Shown: positions 46,601 to 57,082, counted from the stretch's first letter. The stretch: 64,000 nt of DNA from an uncultured virus (IMG/VR IMGVR_UViG_3300028888_000132) (IMGVR_UViG_3300028888_000132); one strand, 5' to 3'. Notes: a model not told the origin generated them from the sequence alone. A program made the numbers and translations.

Positions 46601-48431
46601 AGTAGGCATTGACAAGTCTGAGGCAAAAGAGACTTCCGACTTGTTATGGAAGCAGTTTAAGGAAACAGAGGAATGGGGACGAGTGTTTAGTGACCTTGAC
46701 AATATGAGTAGCACAACTCTCAACAATATGCTGAACAAATTACGAGATTATGCACCTACCGTAGAAGGCAGCGTTGAATCTACAAAGGCGTTGTACGAGG
46801 CTATGCAAAAAATTTCCGATTTGTTACAAGACAGAAACCCATTTGCTTCTTTAGTTGATTCTCTTAGAAGCGCATCAAGGTTAAGAGAGGAAATCAGCAG
46901 GTATCAGTCGTTTGACCCATATCATCAAATTACGTTCTCTGCTGCGAAGGCAGGTCAACTTGGTCTTACAGATGGCACGAAGGAGTGGAAAGGTACTTTA
47001 ACAGAACTGAGAGACAACTTACAGAACGCTGAAAACAAGTTTGTAAAGAGCATTAGTGGAATAGCAAATAAATTCAAGGCAGTTCAAGATGTATTGCAGC
47101 CCGTTATTGACCTCTTCGAACAACTTGGTAACACGACATTGAGCGATTTGTTTAAGATGGGTAGCAACGCCATTGGAAGTGCTGCGAGTGTAGCAAGCGG
47201 AATACAGTCAATACAAGGTCTGTTTAATGAGGATAGTCCTATTTATGACGCAATAGGAAAAGCAGGTCCTTGGGGAGCAGCAGTAGGGGCTGGTCTCAGC
47301 TTAATCAGTTCTATTTCGGCGATGCACGACGCTTCATTGCAGAAAGAGATTGAAGCGAGCGAGGCAAGGCAAAATGAAATGGAAAACCTTTCAAAGAATC
47401 TTGAAACCGTACTTGACAGGGCTATCAATGGCATATTGGGGACAAAGGCAGATGGAAATACATTGTCAAAACTTGCATATTATGCCGAGAAATACGCTGC
47501 TGCTAATAAAGCGAATCCGAAGACGTCAAGTCAATTCATGGATAAGCTGAATTTCAGCTATATCAGTAGAGAAACCAACAACGCCGTAAAACAAGCGTTG
47601 CAGTCAAAGAATTACTACGATTCTGTCTATGCAAGTATGTTGGCTCAGAGAGACGAATTGGCTCATCAGTTGGAACTTGAAAAGGACAAGAAGAAGTCAG
47701 ATAAAAGCAAGATAGCTGACTTTGAGCAAGCAATGACTGAAATAAACGACCAAATCAAGTACTTTGCTACCGACATGATGAAAGACCTCTACGAAATAGA
47801 TTTCAAGTCATGGGCGCAGAGTTTGTCAGAAGTGCTTGTAGATGCTTGGGCAAGCGGAGAAGATGCAGCAGAGTCATATAGGGACAAAGTTAGCGAAATA
47901 CTCCGTGATTTGGGCGTTAAGATGATTGCAGAAAGGTTTGTTGCAGATAAACTGAATCCTATCATGGAGCAATTCATACGTCAGTATGAGCAAGACAAGG
48001 GTGTTCTTACTACAGACGGAATGGCTATCTTAGGAGGTATGTACGACGCAGCTTATGAGTTGCAAGAACAGACTACCAATTTCTTGAACGGTCTGAACGA
48101 AGTGGCTATGCAACACGGAGAAGAGTTGAAGGAAACGAACTCAACATCTTCGGGGCTTTCAAAGAGCATAGAAGGAGTTACTGAGAGTACAGCCGATTTG
48201 CTCGCTTCATATTTGAACGCTACGAGGGCTGATGTGTCTTTGATAGCTATGAATATTCCTATACAAAACGGATTGGCTCAATCACAAGTGCAGCATCTTG
48301 AAAGTATTGCAAGACATACCGAAGCGATAGAGCGACATACCGCAACTATGGAGGTGTATTTGCAGAATCAAGATGGAATCCATCGTTATGTTAAAGGAAT
48401 AGCTGATGGAACTTACAAAATAAGGGTATAA
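43647..48431 (+). CDS. Tape measure protein
   Basis: About 1590 aa, helical; AVKSPFG..LADISAG core; start MAELGTLEF. Confidence 0.9.
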   Translation: MAELGTLEFAVKLRDETQRQAEEIKSELLTKLQLDYDKESYTNMINGIKSALDKETFQIKIDTNLNAAKQAVQNTFDNIVGGNRVMPTIDLSGLKGSDAFTRDIIELQRHIYALNQDVAEYKKRWQQVSDVYGRNSDEAKRAANLYLQQKQILEDQKNKLAALRFEQREYNLGVRETNRVEKEAAKSAKETEKAQRDATRAEEERREGHVRLSGELMKGIRISTDLQDAFTSLYSVHMMKEFLGNVIEIGGQLEKQRVSMRAILGDTAKADVLFEQIKGLAVKSPFGVVELDQYTKQLAAYGFEYNELFDMIKRLADISAGAGQDISRLTLALGHVKAQTYLTGYTMRQFSMNNIPMLKMLAEYYEEIEGHAVTVADVQERISKHQVSYEDVIEQIRRLTDVGGRFYKQQEVQSETVGAKWKNLKDALDIMYGDLAEGVIGDSLKALADLLTTIALNGEKLITVVGTLTATYATYKAVLVAIYMYEKLRLAINNTVMILQMVKAMQGLTVATKAQTLAQGALNAVMSWNWLAIGVGAIALLATRFFSLGEETKTLEEEMIDLNKAFEKQEADIKKDEAAARNYVKVMTNVDNSMSKRIEAYRELQSLYPKYLENLTQEKALLLNTADALSIVSGASKQKRVDMAQEIYDNYNINLLEAKKALAELKDKGVEMQDENFNPIFIPASQEQIKNAESAVEKAKELADKALDNLNDIKAENDAILENMAARWHKESKEMAGDFKDLFPKDDESRSEYFNRIYSEISSLDSQIKILDKHSEKAQEVLPELSNKYSAAVNIFTKALGGVLNNTKIDKDAEKAKRDAEKVMEEKLRLALKDISEFIKEEGSKYNLYKEILEATGNSEAAVMMAFKGNKVFETLAEELRVKLGEALKEAEIDKSIGEVLNMNEIELNDIGISDKTVAHKLIESIKQEEQSLASDNVKLWIEAYKNAHEYDLELEKINVKYDNMRKATEAMRESVGDEKTDQILVGIDKSEAKETSDLLWKQFKETEEWGRVFSDLDNMSSTTLNNMLNKLRDYAPTVEGSVESTKALYEAMQKISDLLQDRNPFASLVDSLRSASRLREEISRYQSFDPYHQITFSAAKAGQLGLTDGTKEWKGTLTELRDNLQNAENKFVKSISGIANKFKAVQDVLQPVIDLFEQLGNTTLSDLFKMGSNAIGSAASVASGIQSIQGLFNEDSPIYDAIGKAGPWGAAVGAGLSLISSISAMHDASLQKEIEASEARQNEMENLSKNLETVLDRAINGILGTKADGNTLSKLAYYAEKYAAANKANPKTSSQFMDKLNFSYISRETNNAVKQALQSKNYYDSVYASMLAQRDELAHQLELEKDKKKSDKSKIADFEQAMTEINDQIKYFATDMMKDLYEIDFKSWAQSLSEVLVDAWASGEDAAESYRDKVSEILRDLGVKMIAERFVADKLNPIMEQFIRQYEQDKGVLTTDGMAILGGMYDAAYELQEQTTNFLNGLNEVAMQHGEELKETNSTSSGLSKSIEGVTESTADLLASYLNATRADVSLIAMNIPIQNGLAQSQVQHLESIARHTEAIERHTATMEVYLQNQDGIHRYVKGIADGTYKIRV

Positions 48432-48444
48432 TATTTGTGTTATT

Positions 48445-48540
48445 TTTGGCGCAAATTGGAATAATTTATCTATATTTGCAACAGATATAGAAAGCCAAGA
48501 GCCGTAATAAGGGCAAAACCTTGTTATGGCTCTTATTTTT
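48445..48540 (+). promoter_or_regulatory. Promoter plus GCC..GAGC attenuator hairpin 3
   Basis: TTTG 48445 and TATATTTG 48471; AAAGCC-AAGAGCCGTAATAAGG..CCTTGTTATGGCTCTT-ATTTTT. Confidence 0.65.
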
Positions 48541-48588
48541 TTATGCCTATTCAGAGCATTACACGACGCAAACACAAAATAAACATAA

Positions 48589-51500
48589 ATGGGAGAATGG
48601 TTAATATACGGAAGTAATGGCGTAGCGAAGGCTACCGTAAAGAAACTCGAATATAATGGTGAATTTATGGGCGAGACTATCGTCACTTGCGATGTATATA
48701 GCCCTTCTCCCATTTCTTTCTCAGTCGGTGATTATCTTTCCTATCGTGGAGAGAACTTTGTTATTGACTACGATGCTACAAGGAAAAAGCAATCAAGAGT
48801 AAATACTTACGGTAATGGCTTTGTTTATGAGGGGATGAAGTTCACCTCATACGTCGGAGAACTAAAGAAGTGCGATTTTCTTGATTTTGTCCTTAATGAC
48901 AATCTTCAACATTATTCTCAACTACCTACATTTGACTTCTACGCTGAGACAGTAGAAGCATTGGCTAACAGAATACAAGCCAATCTGAACCGTATGTACA
49001 CAGGTTCAAATGCGTGGACTGTTTCTGTTGTTAGCGGATTTGAAGGGAAGGAGAATGTCAACGTACAGATTAGCAATATAAAGTGCTTCGATGCACTAAA
49101 GATGGCATACGAGCAGTTCAATGCACAATATGTTATCAGAGGAAGGCATATCTATATCGGTACTGCTGGAGCTTCGTTAGAGACAACTTTCAGATATGGA
49201 ATCGGCAACGGCTTGAAGACTATAGAAAGGAGCGTTGATGAGAATGATTCTTTGGTGACGAGACTTCGTGCCTATGGTAATACGACCAATCTCCCATCAA
49301 ACTATTATGCAAACAAGGGAAGAGGTTGCTATGCTCCTATCTTTGAAGTATATGCTCTTTATGATAGTGGGGCAGACATACATTTCAAGCCTAAGTTTGC
49401 TAATAATTGGTTTACTGAGAAATCGGATGCAAACGGCATTAATTATTGGGTGAGTGTATCTTTAGATAAGAAACTATGGGTAGAAGGAGTAGCTTCCCCA
49501 AATGTAACCGTTTCAAGCGTTGATTTCTCTGTAGTTTCTGTTATGGCTGGTGGCAACAACACCACTGATATGTACAATGCGTTCAAGTCTCAGTTGCAGA
49601 GTGCAACTCAGAATACTAAATTGTACTTCTCAAAAGGCGTAAATTACACAAATTGGAAAAGCGATTGGAAAGAGACAGACGAGTATATGCCTAATATGAT
49701 GAGCATTGACCGTCTTATGATTCCAAGTTTCCCCGAAGAATCCACCGACCCATACATTGATTCTGCCAATATCTCTTCTCTTGGCATTAGGGAGAAGTCC
49801 GTTTATTTCGACGGCTCAGAAGACGAGCTTCCCGACATTCATCCTTCTATGGAAGGAATGACTGCCGCAGAATTGAGAGCGGCAGGGTATACAATCGACC
49901 TTGACCAAGGTGACAACGGCAACTTAGATGAGATTGCAGCAGACGCAACGGAGTTGGACGGTTCTGCAATAACGACAAACGGAGCGTTCGTTGAGGTGAA
50001 CGAAGTACCTGGCTTTAAGGTTACTCTTAAAGACATAGGATTTGACATCAACAGTTATTTGTCAGGTGATACAGCTACTTTGTCAATGAAGAGCGGTATG
50101 TGCGGAGGTCGTGACTTTACCATAGTGAAGGTGACGAAATTGGGGAATAAGTATGTTTTGGAATGTCAAAGAGTAGGGGATGCCAATTACTATTTCCCAT
50201 ACAATCCATACAATATTAAAGCAGGCGACAAATTCGTTCTTACGAATATCGAGATGCCAAATGCCTATATTGACGCTGCTTCTCAGAGACTTCTCGTAGC
50301 CGCACAAGAATATCTTGCAAAACACTCCGTCCCTCAATGGGTTTATTCTATTAAGATGGACGACGTGTGGATGCAGAGGCAGAGGGATGATTCCGAGAGT
50401 GAATCTGAGAGCTACTATTGGAACATCAAGGAAGGTGATATAATGTCAGTGCAAGATTCTGACCTCGATATTAATGTATCTGAGGTAATAGACAAACTGA
50501 CTATTCGTGAAGGTTATAGCCCTATCCCTGAGTTTGAAGTAGTTCTTCGTAAGGAGAAGCCGCAAGGGACAATAGGCGTTTTGCAGAATAGGATTAAATA
50601 CCTTGAAAGGCAGAATCAGCAACAGACAAATACAATAGTAAGACAACAAGATTATATATCTCTGATAATCGGTGATAAGCTGAACACCATTCAAGAGCAG
50701 TTAGACCATGTTCAAGTGACCTACTTCGGCGACTATGTTCCTGCTTTGAACAACGAGCCTGCATCTACATGGGCTTCTTCCGAGTATTCCGAGCATGACG
50801 GTGATATGTTCTACAACCGCACGACGGGTAAGGGTTATGAGTTCACTTATAAGAACGGAACATGGGGATGGATAGAGATACAGGACGAGGACATCAGACA
50901 AGCCCTTGAAGAAGCTGCGGCAGCCCAAGACACGGCAGATGGTAAACGAAGAGTATTCGTCACCCCTGCTGGTACATTGCCTACCCCTCCGTATGACGAG
51001 AATGACTTGTGGGTTAATGCTACCTATCCGAGCGATTCCACTTCTACGGATGAGAGTCAGTACAAGTACTACAATGACATCTTGAAATGCGTCACTCCGA
51101 AGGCAGAAGGTGGAACGGCATCCATCAATGATTGGACTCTTGCAAGTAAATACACCGATGATTCAAGCCTTAACAACTTTATCAACGGAACATACGCTCA
51201 AGACCTTGCTAATGTAAGGACACAGACGGATGCTAAGGCAGAGACATGGTATCAGAGTTCAGACCCATCATCAGCATGGAATACAACGGCATTAAAGGAT
51301 AGTCATTTGGGCGATATATGGCTCAACACCACACCCGATGCGAACGGAAACACTCACACATATATCTATCGTAAGAGTGGCAATACCTATGGCTGGCAAG
51401 AGGTGAACGGAGTGCCTACTGCCGTATTCGACATGGCTGACGGTAAGGCGAGCATATATGTTTCCAAGCCTACGAAGTACAAGAAGAATGATTTGTGGGT

Positions 51501-54500
51501 CATTGAAAGCTCAATATCTTCTTCCGACCTCCCAACGAACTGCGTAAAGGGTGACATAGTAATATCAAGTTCAAACAGCAACTCATATAACAAGGCTCAT
51601 TGGACTAAGAAAGACCGCTATACGGATGATACCTACGCCCACACTTTCGATTATATATCGGCAGCTATCAAGGGAAAGACCGAGGTTGACGGAGGTTTGG
51701 TACTTACCAACACACTTGTTCTGCGTGATGTAGCAAATGACGGAACGCAGGGCAATATTATGTCTGGTATCAACGGCATCATTCCTAAGAGTGGAAGTAC
51801 ATTAGACTACACAGGCATAGCCGCATGGTACGGAGGCGAAATGATTGACAGAGAAAAGTCTGCCGTTGCCAACGCTGCCAAGTCACTCTTTAGGTTTGAT
51901 GGTTCGGGTTATGTAGCAAGTGGTAATCTGAAATGGGATGCCAATGGTAATGTAACCATACAAGGCTACTCTATCAATGCAACCACACTGCAAGTTGGTG
52001 GCTCTAATGTTGCAACGGAATCGAGCATTTCCACTTTCTTTGCCAACTTCTTTGACATCTACAATGGAAGCACGCAGATAACTTATGAACAATATGTAGC
52101 CTTACAAGACAAATCCAATGTAAGTTTGAAAGCCAAGCATGGTCTTTGGACTGAGCAATTCCTGAGTGCTTTAGGAATGAATAGCCAAGGCGAGGGTGGT
52201 GGAGGAACTGGCAGTGTCAATTCCATCAAGGTAGCAACTAATACTTACCTTGACCCAGATGCAGATGGTATCATAGATATGTCATCTTATGTAAGCACTG
52301 CTGCTGATAGGGCTAATTGGAATACGGCATATAGTCAGAGGCATACCCATAGCAACAAATCTGTATTGGATGGAATTACAAGTGCAAAGGTTACTTCGTG
52401 GGATAATGTTGCCAAGATAATGGAGGACGATGCAGATGCCATTATCAACAAGTGGGATGAGATTATTGATTTCTTGGATGGTATTCCCGACCAGTCCTCA
52501 CTTGCCGAGATACTTGCTGCCAAGGCTAACACTTCTACGACAGTAACCAATGTAGCCTATTCAAGTAAGAAGCTACAGAAGACCATCAACGGCACTACAA
52601 CAGATATAGTAACAGCTTCTACGCTATTTAGTGATGGTTTGCCTACCAATACCACCAAGAACTATGTATTTGCTGCTCCTTCCAGTGCTGCTGGTACACC
52701 TACATTCCGTGCATTGGTCTATGCTGACCTGCCAAGTCTTTACATAGGCAAGACACAAGTACAATCCACATCAGCCAATCAAGCAATGACAGGCATTACT
52801 TCCATAGATGCACTGGCATACTTTGATATGACTAACTCAAGGGTGGGCATAGGCACATCTTCTCCAAGCTATAAACTCCATGTAAACGGTTACACATCTA
52901 CCACAAGATTATACTTGTCAAGCAGTGTATATCTTGAATACGATTCCACAAATAGCGGTATTCATGTAGTAGGTGCTGGCTTGTATAGTGATTCTTATAT
53001 ATCAGCATTAGGTAGCAATTCAAGCGGTGGTGGTTCATCTACATTTGATGAGGCACAAATGTGGACAGCTTTGCAATCTACCTCTGGTACTTATGGAAGT
53101 GAGAAGATAGCCACTACGCATATCCCCGACATGGCTTCTACCTATGGCTATTTAAAGGCTTCTTCACTTAATGGCTATGCTACACAGACTTGGGTAAATC
53201 AACAAGGATTCCTCACTACACATCAGACACTCTATACACTGTCTATCTATGGTGGCACAACAAAGGTGTTGGACTTCAAGCCTAATGCCAATGCAAGCAT
53301 ATACATCAAGGCAGGAGGTGACATTTCTCTTACCAATGATACCACAAACAAGTATATTACATTAAGCTATACTCATCCTACCAATGGTGCTAATACAACT
53401 ATTTCGGCAGCAAGTGGAAAGGTACTAAGTGCCATTACAGTCAACAATCTTGGTCATGTAACATCAGTTTCAAGCAAGACTTTGGTATCTGCTGATATTC
53501 CCGATTTAAGCGGTACTTATGCCACTGCTGCAAGGGCTACTACTTTAGAGGGGTATTTCACCAATGGAGTTGCCAATACTGCTGCCAAGCTGAACACAGG
53601 CACTACAACATATACAGCATGGGGGCAGACTTATTGGTCAAGTGGTGTTCCTCAGTCTATCAGTGGCAACATGACATCAGTAGGCTCTATTACCCCATCT
53701 GCCAATGGCAATGCTCTTGGTACTACATCAGCAAGGTTCAACATCTATGGTACTGCTGGTAACTTCAGTGGTAATGTATCAATAGGCGGCACATTGGGAG
53801 TTACTGGTGCCACTACATTGACAGGCTTGCTTACTGCTAATGGCGGTATAGTAGTTCCTTCATCCAAGACAATCAAGATAGGTGATTGCACAATCTCATG
53901 GGATAGCACCAACTCAATGCTTAAATTCGATACTGGCATCTATTCCACAGGTGCTGTTTCTGCTTTAGGCAGTAACTCAAGTGGTGGTGGTAGTGGTACA
54001 TTTGACGAAGAAGCTATGTGGGTAGCTTTGGGTACTACAATAACAGCTAAAGTTATTGCTTCAAGCCATATCCCTAATTTATCATGGGCTAAGATTACAA
54101 GTGGCAAGCCTGCTACCCTCAGTGGCTATGGCATATCAGATGCCTACACCAAGACGCAGGTAGATACTGCTCTTAGTGGGTATCTGCCTTTGAGTGGTGG
54201 AAATATGACAGGCAACATCACTTTCGCAAGTAATACAGGTTTCTATGCAAAAGATACTGGTGGCACATCCCGTCTTGCAATGAAATTGGATGGAACAGAT
54301 AACTTATTGATTGGTTACGGCACATCTATAGGAGGTTCTAATACATACATTGATGGCAACACTGTCTATATCAGATATGGGACTTCACATACAACAGGTA
54401 TTACTCTTGCATCTGGTGGCAATGTTACCATAGCAAATAGATTATTAGTTAATGAAATAACTGCTACAAATAGTGAGGGGTTACTGGTGTATAAACCTTC

Positions 54501-56700
54501 ATCTGGGTGGGGTGGAATATCAAATACGCAATGGGGTGCTGGCTCTGCTGACTCTCAGGGTGTAATAAGAAGTTCAAATGCTGACCTAATTCATTACAAA
54601 GGAGGTGTAAATTATACTATACTTGATTCAAGCAATTATTCAAGTTACGCATTACCTATTAGTGGAGGTACACTATATAAAAACACAACTGACGCTCCTC
54701 TGTTTATAAAAACGCACAATACATCAGGAGCTTATATTGGTTATCAGTTAAATGATGGCACTACTATGGGATTTATAGGTGTTCATGCTACCTATGGTGC
54801 AGCCTATGTTAAAAGTGGAACTATATATCCCATACTGCGTTCAGATAATTTTGGAGATTATGCTTACGCTTTGTATGGAGGTACTGACCTTGCTCCAACA
54901 TCAACAAACACAATTAATCTTAATGAATTAAAAAGTACAGGAAGTTATTATGTCAGCACCAACACTCCAAGTCAGTATGTGACTAACAAGCCAGATGATA
55001 CTCAGAATTATGCTTTCCGTGTATGGGTTTCTGCCCCAGGTGGTACAAGTGGCTATCGCAGACAGAGATTCCAATACCTTACACAAATGACAATTTATGA
55101 GAGGTTCTACAGTACAGATTCAAGCACATGGACTAATTGGTATAAGGTACAGGGCGATTTAGATGGCGAATATCTAAAACTAACTGGTGGAACAATTACT
55201 GGAAATCTAACAGTAAAAAATACATTATATACTGACGCTATTTGTGAGCCTATTGCCTACAATGGCTTGCTTGTCTATCATCCTGCAAGTGGGTGGGGTG
55301 GCATATCATCAACACAATGGGGTGTAGGCTCTACTGATAGTCAAGGTGTGATAAGAAGCTCAGATGCTAACCTTATCCATTACAAAGGTGGAACAAATTA
55401 CACAATATGTGATGGAAGCAACACTTATGTAAGCAGTGGAACTGGATATATCAACGGTACAGCTATTACAAAGATTAGCGGTAATGCTGGTACTGCTACC
55501 ACTTTAGCTACACCTCGCACTTTGTGGGGGCAGTCATTTAATGGCAGTGCAAATGTCAGTGGAGATATGTCGAGTGTAGGCACTATTACATCAGCAAACT
55601 ACACCTTAGCAACAAGTACAACTAATCCGTATTTGAAACTGAGCCATACATATAACAGCACTAATTACGACTATTTTATTCAAGGTTATGAAGGTACTAT
55701 GTGGCTGGGACCGAGTTCATATCCAGTAAAGATAGATAGCAGTGGGAATGTAGGTATAGGTACAATTCCATCCTACAAACTCCATGTGAATGGACAATTA
55801 GGAGTAACCACTGCAAGTCAAGGTACTATGAGGTTTGTTTCATCAGGTTCAAAAAACTTTATACAAAGTGGTAATGCTGCATTTGATGGTAATGCTGATA
55901 TGACTATAGGTGGATATTCTGGTCATTTAGGCACTAATCTTAATCTCGAATTTAATGTAGTAAACGCAACCAGTGTCTTTAAAGTAAAAAGTTACCTGAC
56001 ACTTGGATATGGTGCGGAAGGTATATACTTGACAGGTTCAGGCATTAATTGGCATAACACAAGTGATTCATGGACTAAATCTATAATGAGTTTTGCATCT
56101 AATGGTGTTGTTACACAGTTGGGAGGTCACTTTGTCCTTGCTGGTGCTCAGGCTGCAAGTTCAACGGGTAATACAACGCAGATTATTTTCACCGCTTCTG
56201 GTGCTCAGCAAGTAGCAATCAGTTCTAATTCAAGTGCATTGATTATCAACCCTACATCATCAACCACTACCAAGCAAATTGTATTGGGCGTTGGTTCAGT
56301 TGCTTCTACATTTGGCAACTCAATCACTTGTAGTGGCGAAGTTACTGCATCATCAGATGGCAGAAAGAAGAACATCATTTCCAACACCAAGTTTAATGTA
56401 AAGGACATTGCTTCTGCAAGGTCAGTCTTATTTGAATGGAATGATGGCAGGGATGATGATATGGAGAAGAAGATACACGGTGGTAGTATTGCACAGGATT
56501 GGTTAGGCAAAGCAGATTCATTCCTTATGCAAGATGAGGATGGATTCTACTCAATCAACTACGGTGCATTGGCATTGTGTTCAGCTATAACCATTGCAAG
56601 AGAGGTAGTGAAGCACGAAGATAGAATCACACTATTGGAAAAGGAAAATGCCAAACTGAAAGCAAGGGTGGAAGAACTTGAAGAAAGGAGGATAGCATGA
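48589..56700 (+). CDS. Tail hub/central fibre protein with C-terminal S74 intramolecular chaperone
   Basis: VTRLRAYGNTTNLP tail domain; T/S/G-rich fibre repeats; SSDGRKK..INYGAL plus coiled coil. Confidence 0.85.
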   Translation: MGEWLIYGSNGVAKATVKKLEYNGEFMGETIVTCDVYSPSPISFSVGDYLSYRGENFVIDYDATRKKQSRVNTYGNGFVYEGMKFTSYVGELKKCDFLDFVLNDNLQHYSQLPTFDFYAETVEALANRIQANLNRMYTGSNAWTVSVVSGFEGKENVNVQISNIKCFDALKMAYEQFNAQYVIRGRHIYIGTAGASLETTFRYGIGNGLKTIERSVDENDSLVTRLRAYGNTTNLPSNYYANKGRGCYAPIFEVYALYDSGADIHFKPKFANNWFTEKSDANGINYWVSVSLDKKLWVEGVASPNVTVSSVDFSVVSVMAGGNNTTDMYNAFKSQLQSATQNTKLYFSKGVNYTNWKSDWKETDEYMPNMMSIDRLMIPSFPEESTDPYIDSANISSLGIREKSVYFDGSEDELPDIHPSMEGMTAAELRAAGYTIDLDQGDNGNLDEIAADATELDGSAITTNGAFVEVNEVPGFKVTLKDIGFDINSYLSGDTATLSMKSGMCGGRDFTIVKVTKLGNKYVLECQRVGDANYYFPYNPYNIKAGDKFVLTNIEMPNAYIDAASQRLLVAAQEYLAKHSVPQWVYSIKMDDVWMQRQRDDSESESESYYWNIKEGDIMSVQDSDLDINVSEVIDKLTIREGYSPIPEFEVVLRKEKPQGTIGVLQNRIKYLERQNQQQTNTIVRQQDYISLIIGDKLNTIQEQLDHVQVTYFGDYVPALNNEPASTWASSEYSEHDGDMFYNRTTGKGYEFTYKNGTWGWIEIQDEDIRQALEEAAAAQDTADGKRRVFVTPAGTLPTPPYDENDLWVNATYPSDSTSTDESQYKYYNDILKCVTPKAEGGTASINDWTLASKYTDDSSLNNFINGTYAQDLANVRTQTDAKAETWYQSSDPSSAWNTTALKDSHLGDIWLNTTPDANGNTHTYIYRKSGNTYGWQEVNGVPTAVFDMADGKASIYVSKPTKYKKNDLWVIESSISSSDLPTNCVKGDIVISSSNSNSYNKAHWTKKDRYTDDTYAHTFDYISAAIKGKTEVDGGLVLTNTLVLRDVANDGTQGNIMSGINGIIPKSGSTLDYTGIAAWYGGEMIDREKSAVANAAKSLFRFDGSGYVASGNLKWDANGNVTIQGYSINATTLQVGGSNVATESSISTFFANFFDIYNGSTQITYEQYVALQDKSNVSLKAKHGLWTEQFLSALGMNSQGEGGGGTGSVNSIKVATNTYLDPDADGIIDMSSYVSTAADRANWNTAYSQRHTHSNKSVLDGITSAKVTSWDNVAKIMEDDADAIINKWDEIIDFLDGIPDQSSLAEILAAKANTSTTVTNVAYSSKKLQKTINGTTTDIVTASTLFSDGLPTNTTKNYVFAAPSSAAGTPTFRALVYADLPSLYIGKTQVQSTSANQAMTGITSIDALAYFDMTNSRVGIGTSSPSYKLHVNGYTSTTRLYLSSSVYLEYDSTNSGIHVVGAGLYSDSYISALGSNSSGGGSSTFDEAQMWTALQSTSGTYGSEKIATTHIPDMASTYGYLKASSLNGYATQTWVNQQGFLTTHQTLYTLSIYGGTTKVLDFKPNANASIYIKAGGDISLTNDTTNKYITLSYTHPTNGANTTISAASGKVLSAITVNNLGHVTSVSSKTLVSADIPDLSGTYATAARATTLEGYFTNGVANTAAKLNTGTTTYTAWGQTYWSSGVPQSISGNMTSVGSITPSANGNALGTTSARFNIYGTAGNFSGNVSIGGTLGVTGATTLTGLLTANGGIVVPSSKTIKIGDCTISWDSTNSMLKFDTGIYSTGAVSALGSNSSGGGSGTFDEEAMWVALGTTITAKVIASSHIPNLSWAKITSGKPATLSGYGISDAYTKTQVDTALSGYLPLSGGNMTGNITFASNTGFYAKDTGGTSRLAMKLDGTDNLLIGYGTSIGGSNTYIDGNTVYIRYGTSHTTGITLASGGNVTIANRLLVNEITATNSEGLLVYKPSSGWGGISNTQWGAGSADSQGVIRSSNADLIHYKGGVNYTILDSSNYSSYALPISGGTLYKNTTDAPLFIKTHNTSGAYIGYQLNDGTTMGFIGVHATYGAAYVKSGTIYPILRSDNFGDYAYALYGGTDLAPTSTNTINLNELKSTGSYYVSTNTPSQYVTNKPDDTQNYAFRVWVSAPGGTSGYRRQRFQYLTQMTIYERFYSTDSSTWTNWYKVQGDLDGEYLKLTGGTITGNLTVKNTLYTDAICEPIAYNGLLVYHPASGWGGISSTQWGVGSTDSQGVIRSSDANLIHYKGGTNYTICDGSNTYVSSGTGYINGTAITKISGNAGTATTLATPRTLWGQSFNGSANVSGDMSSVGTITSANYTLATSTTNPYLKLSHTYNSTNYDYFIQGYEGTMWLGPSSYPVKIDSSGNVGIGTIPSYKLHVNGQLGVTTASQGTMRFVSSGSKNFIQSGNAAFDGNADMTIGGYSGHLGTNLNLEFNVVNATSVFKVKSYLTLGYGAEGIYLTGSGINWHNTSDSWTKSIMSFASNGVVTQLGGHFVLAGAQAASSTGNTTQIIFTASGAQQVAISSNSSALIINPTSSTTTKQIVLGVGSVASTFGNSITCSGEVTASSDGRKKNIISNTKFNVKDIASARSVLFEWNDGRDDDMEKKIHGGSIAQDWLGKADSFLMQDEDGFYSINYGALALCSAITIAREVVKHEDRITLLEKENAKLKARVEELEERRIA

Positions 56701-57080
56701 TACTGAAATCTGAAAGTGACAAGAGAATCATAGTACAAGGCAATATCAACGGAAAGAAGGCATATATGTTGGTAGATACAGGGGCTTCGTGTGGCTTATT
56801 GGATAAATCCGCTGTAAAGGAATATAAGTTGGCAGTAAACAAGCACAGAACTATCAATCTTGTTGGTGCAGGAGGTAAGTTCAAAGCAAGTATGTGTGAT
56901 ACCCCATTTGTTATAGCTGGCAAGCAGATGTACCAATTTGCAATAGCCAATATTAGTTCTGTTGTAGAATCTATAAAGAAGCAGACAGATATAGACATAG
57001 CAGGTCTTATCAGCTTACCACAAGCTAAGATGATAGGAATGAGTATAGATACAGACGACAACTATATAGAGATAGGATAA
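56697..57080 (+). CDS. Retropepsin-like aspartyl protease
   Basis: MLVDTGAS catalytic motif, flap LVGAGG, C-terminal AGLIS. Confidence 0.75.
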   Translation: MILKSESDKRIIVQGNINGKKAYMLVDTGASCGLLDKSAVKEYKLAVNKHRTINLVGAGGKFKASMCDTPFVIAGKQMYQFAIANISSVVESIKKQTDIDIAGLISLPQAKMIGMSIDTDDNYIEIG

Positions 57081-57082
57081 GC

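Noticed and set aside
54478..55420. DGR template/variable repeat pair in the tail protein
   Set aside because: Both copies are in-frame coding, differences are largely synonymous and not adenine-specific, and there is no reverse transcriptase in the window
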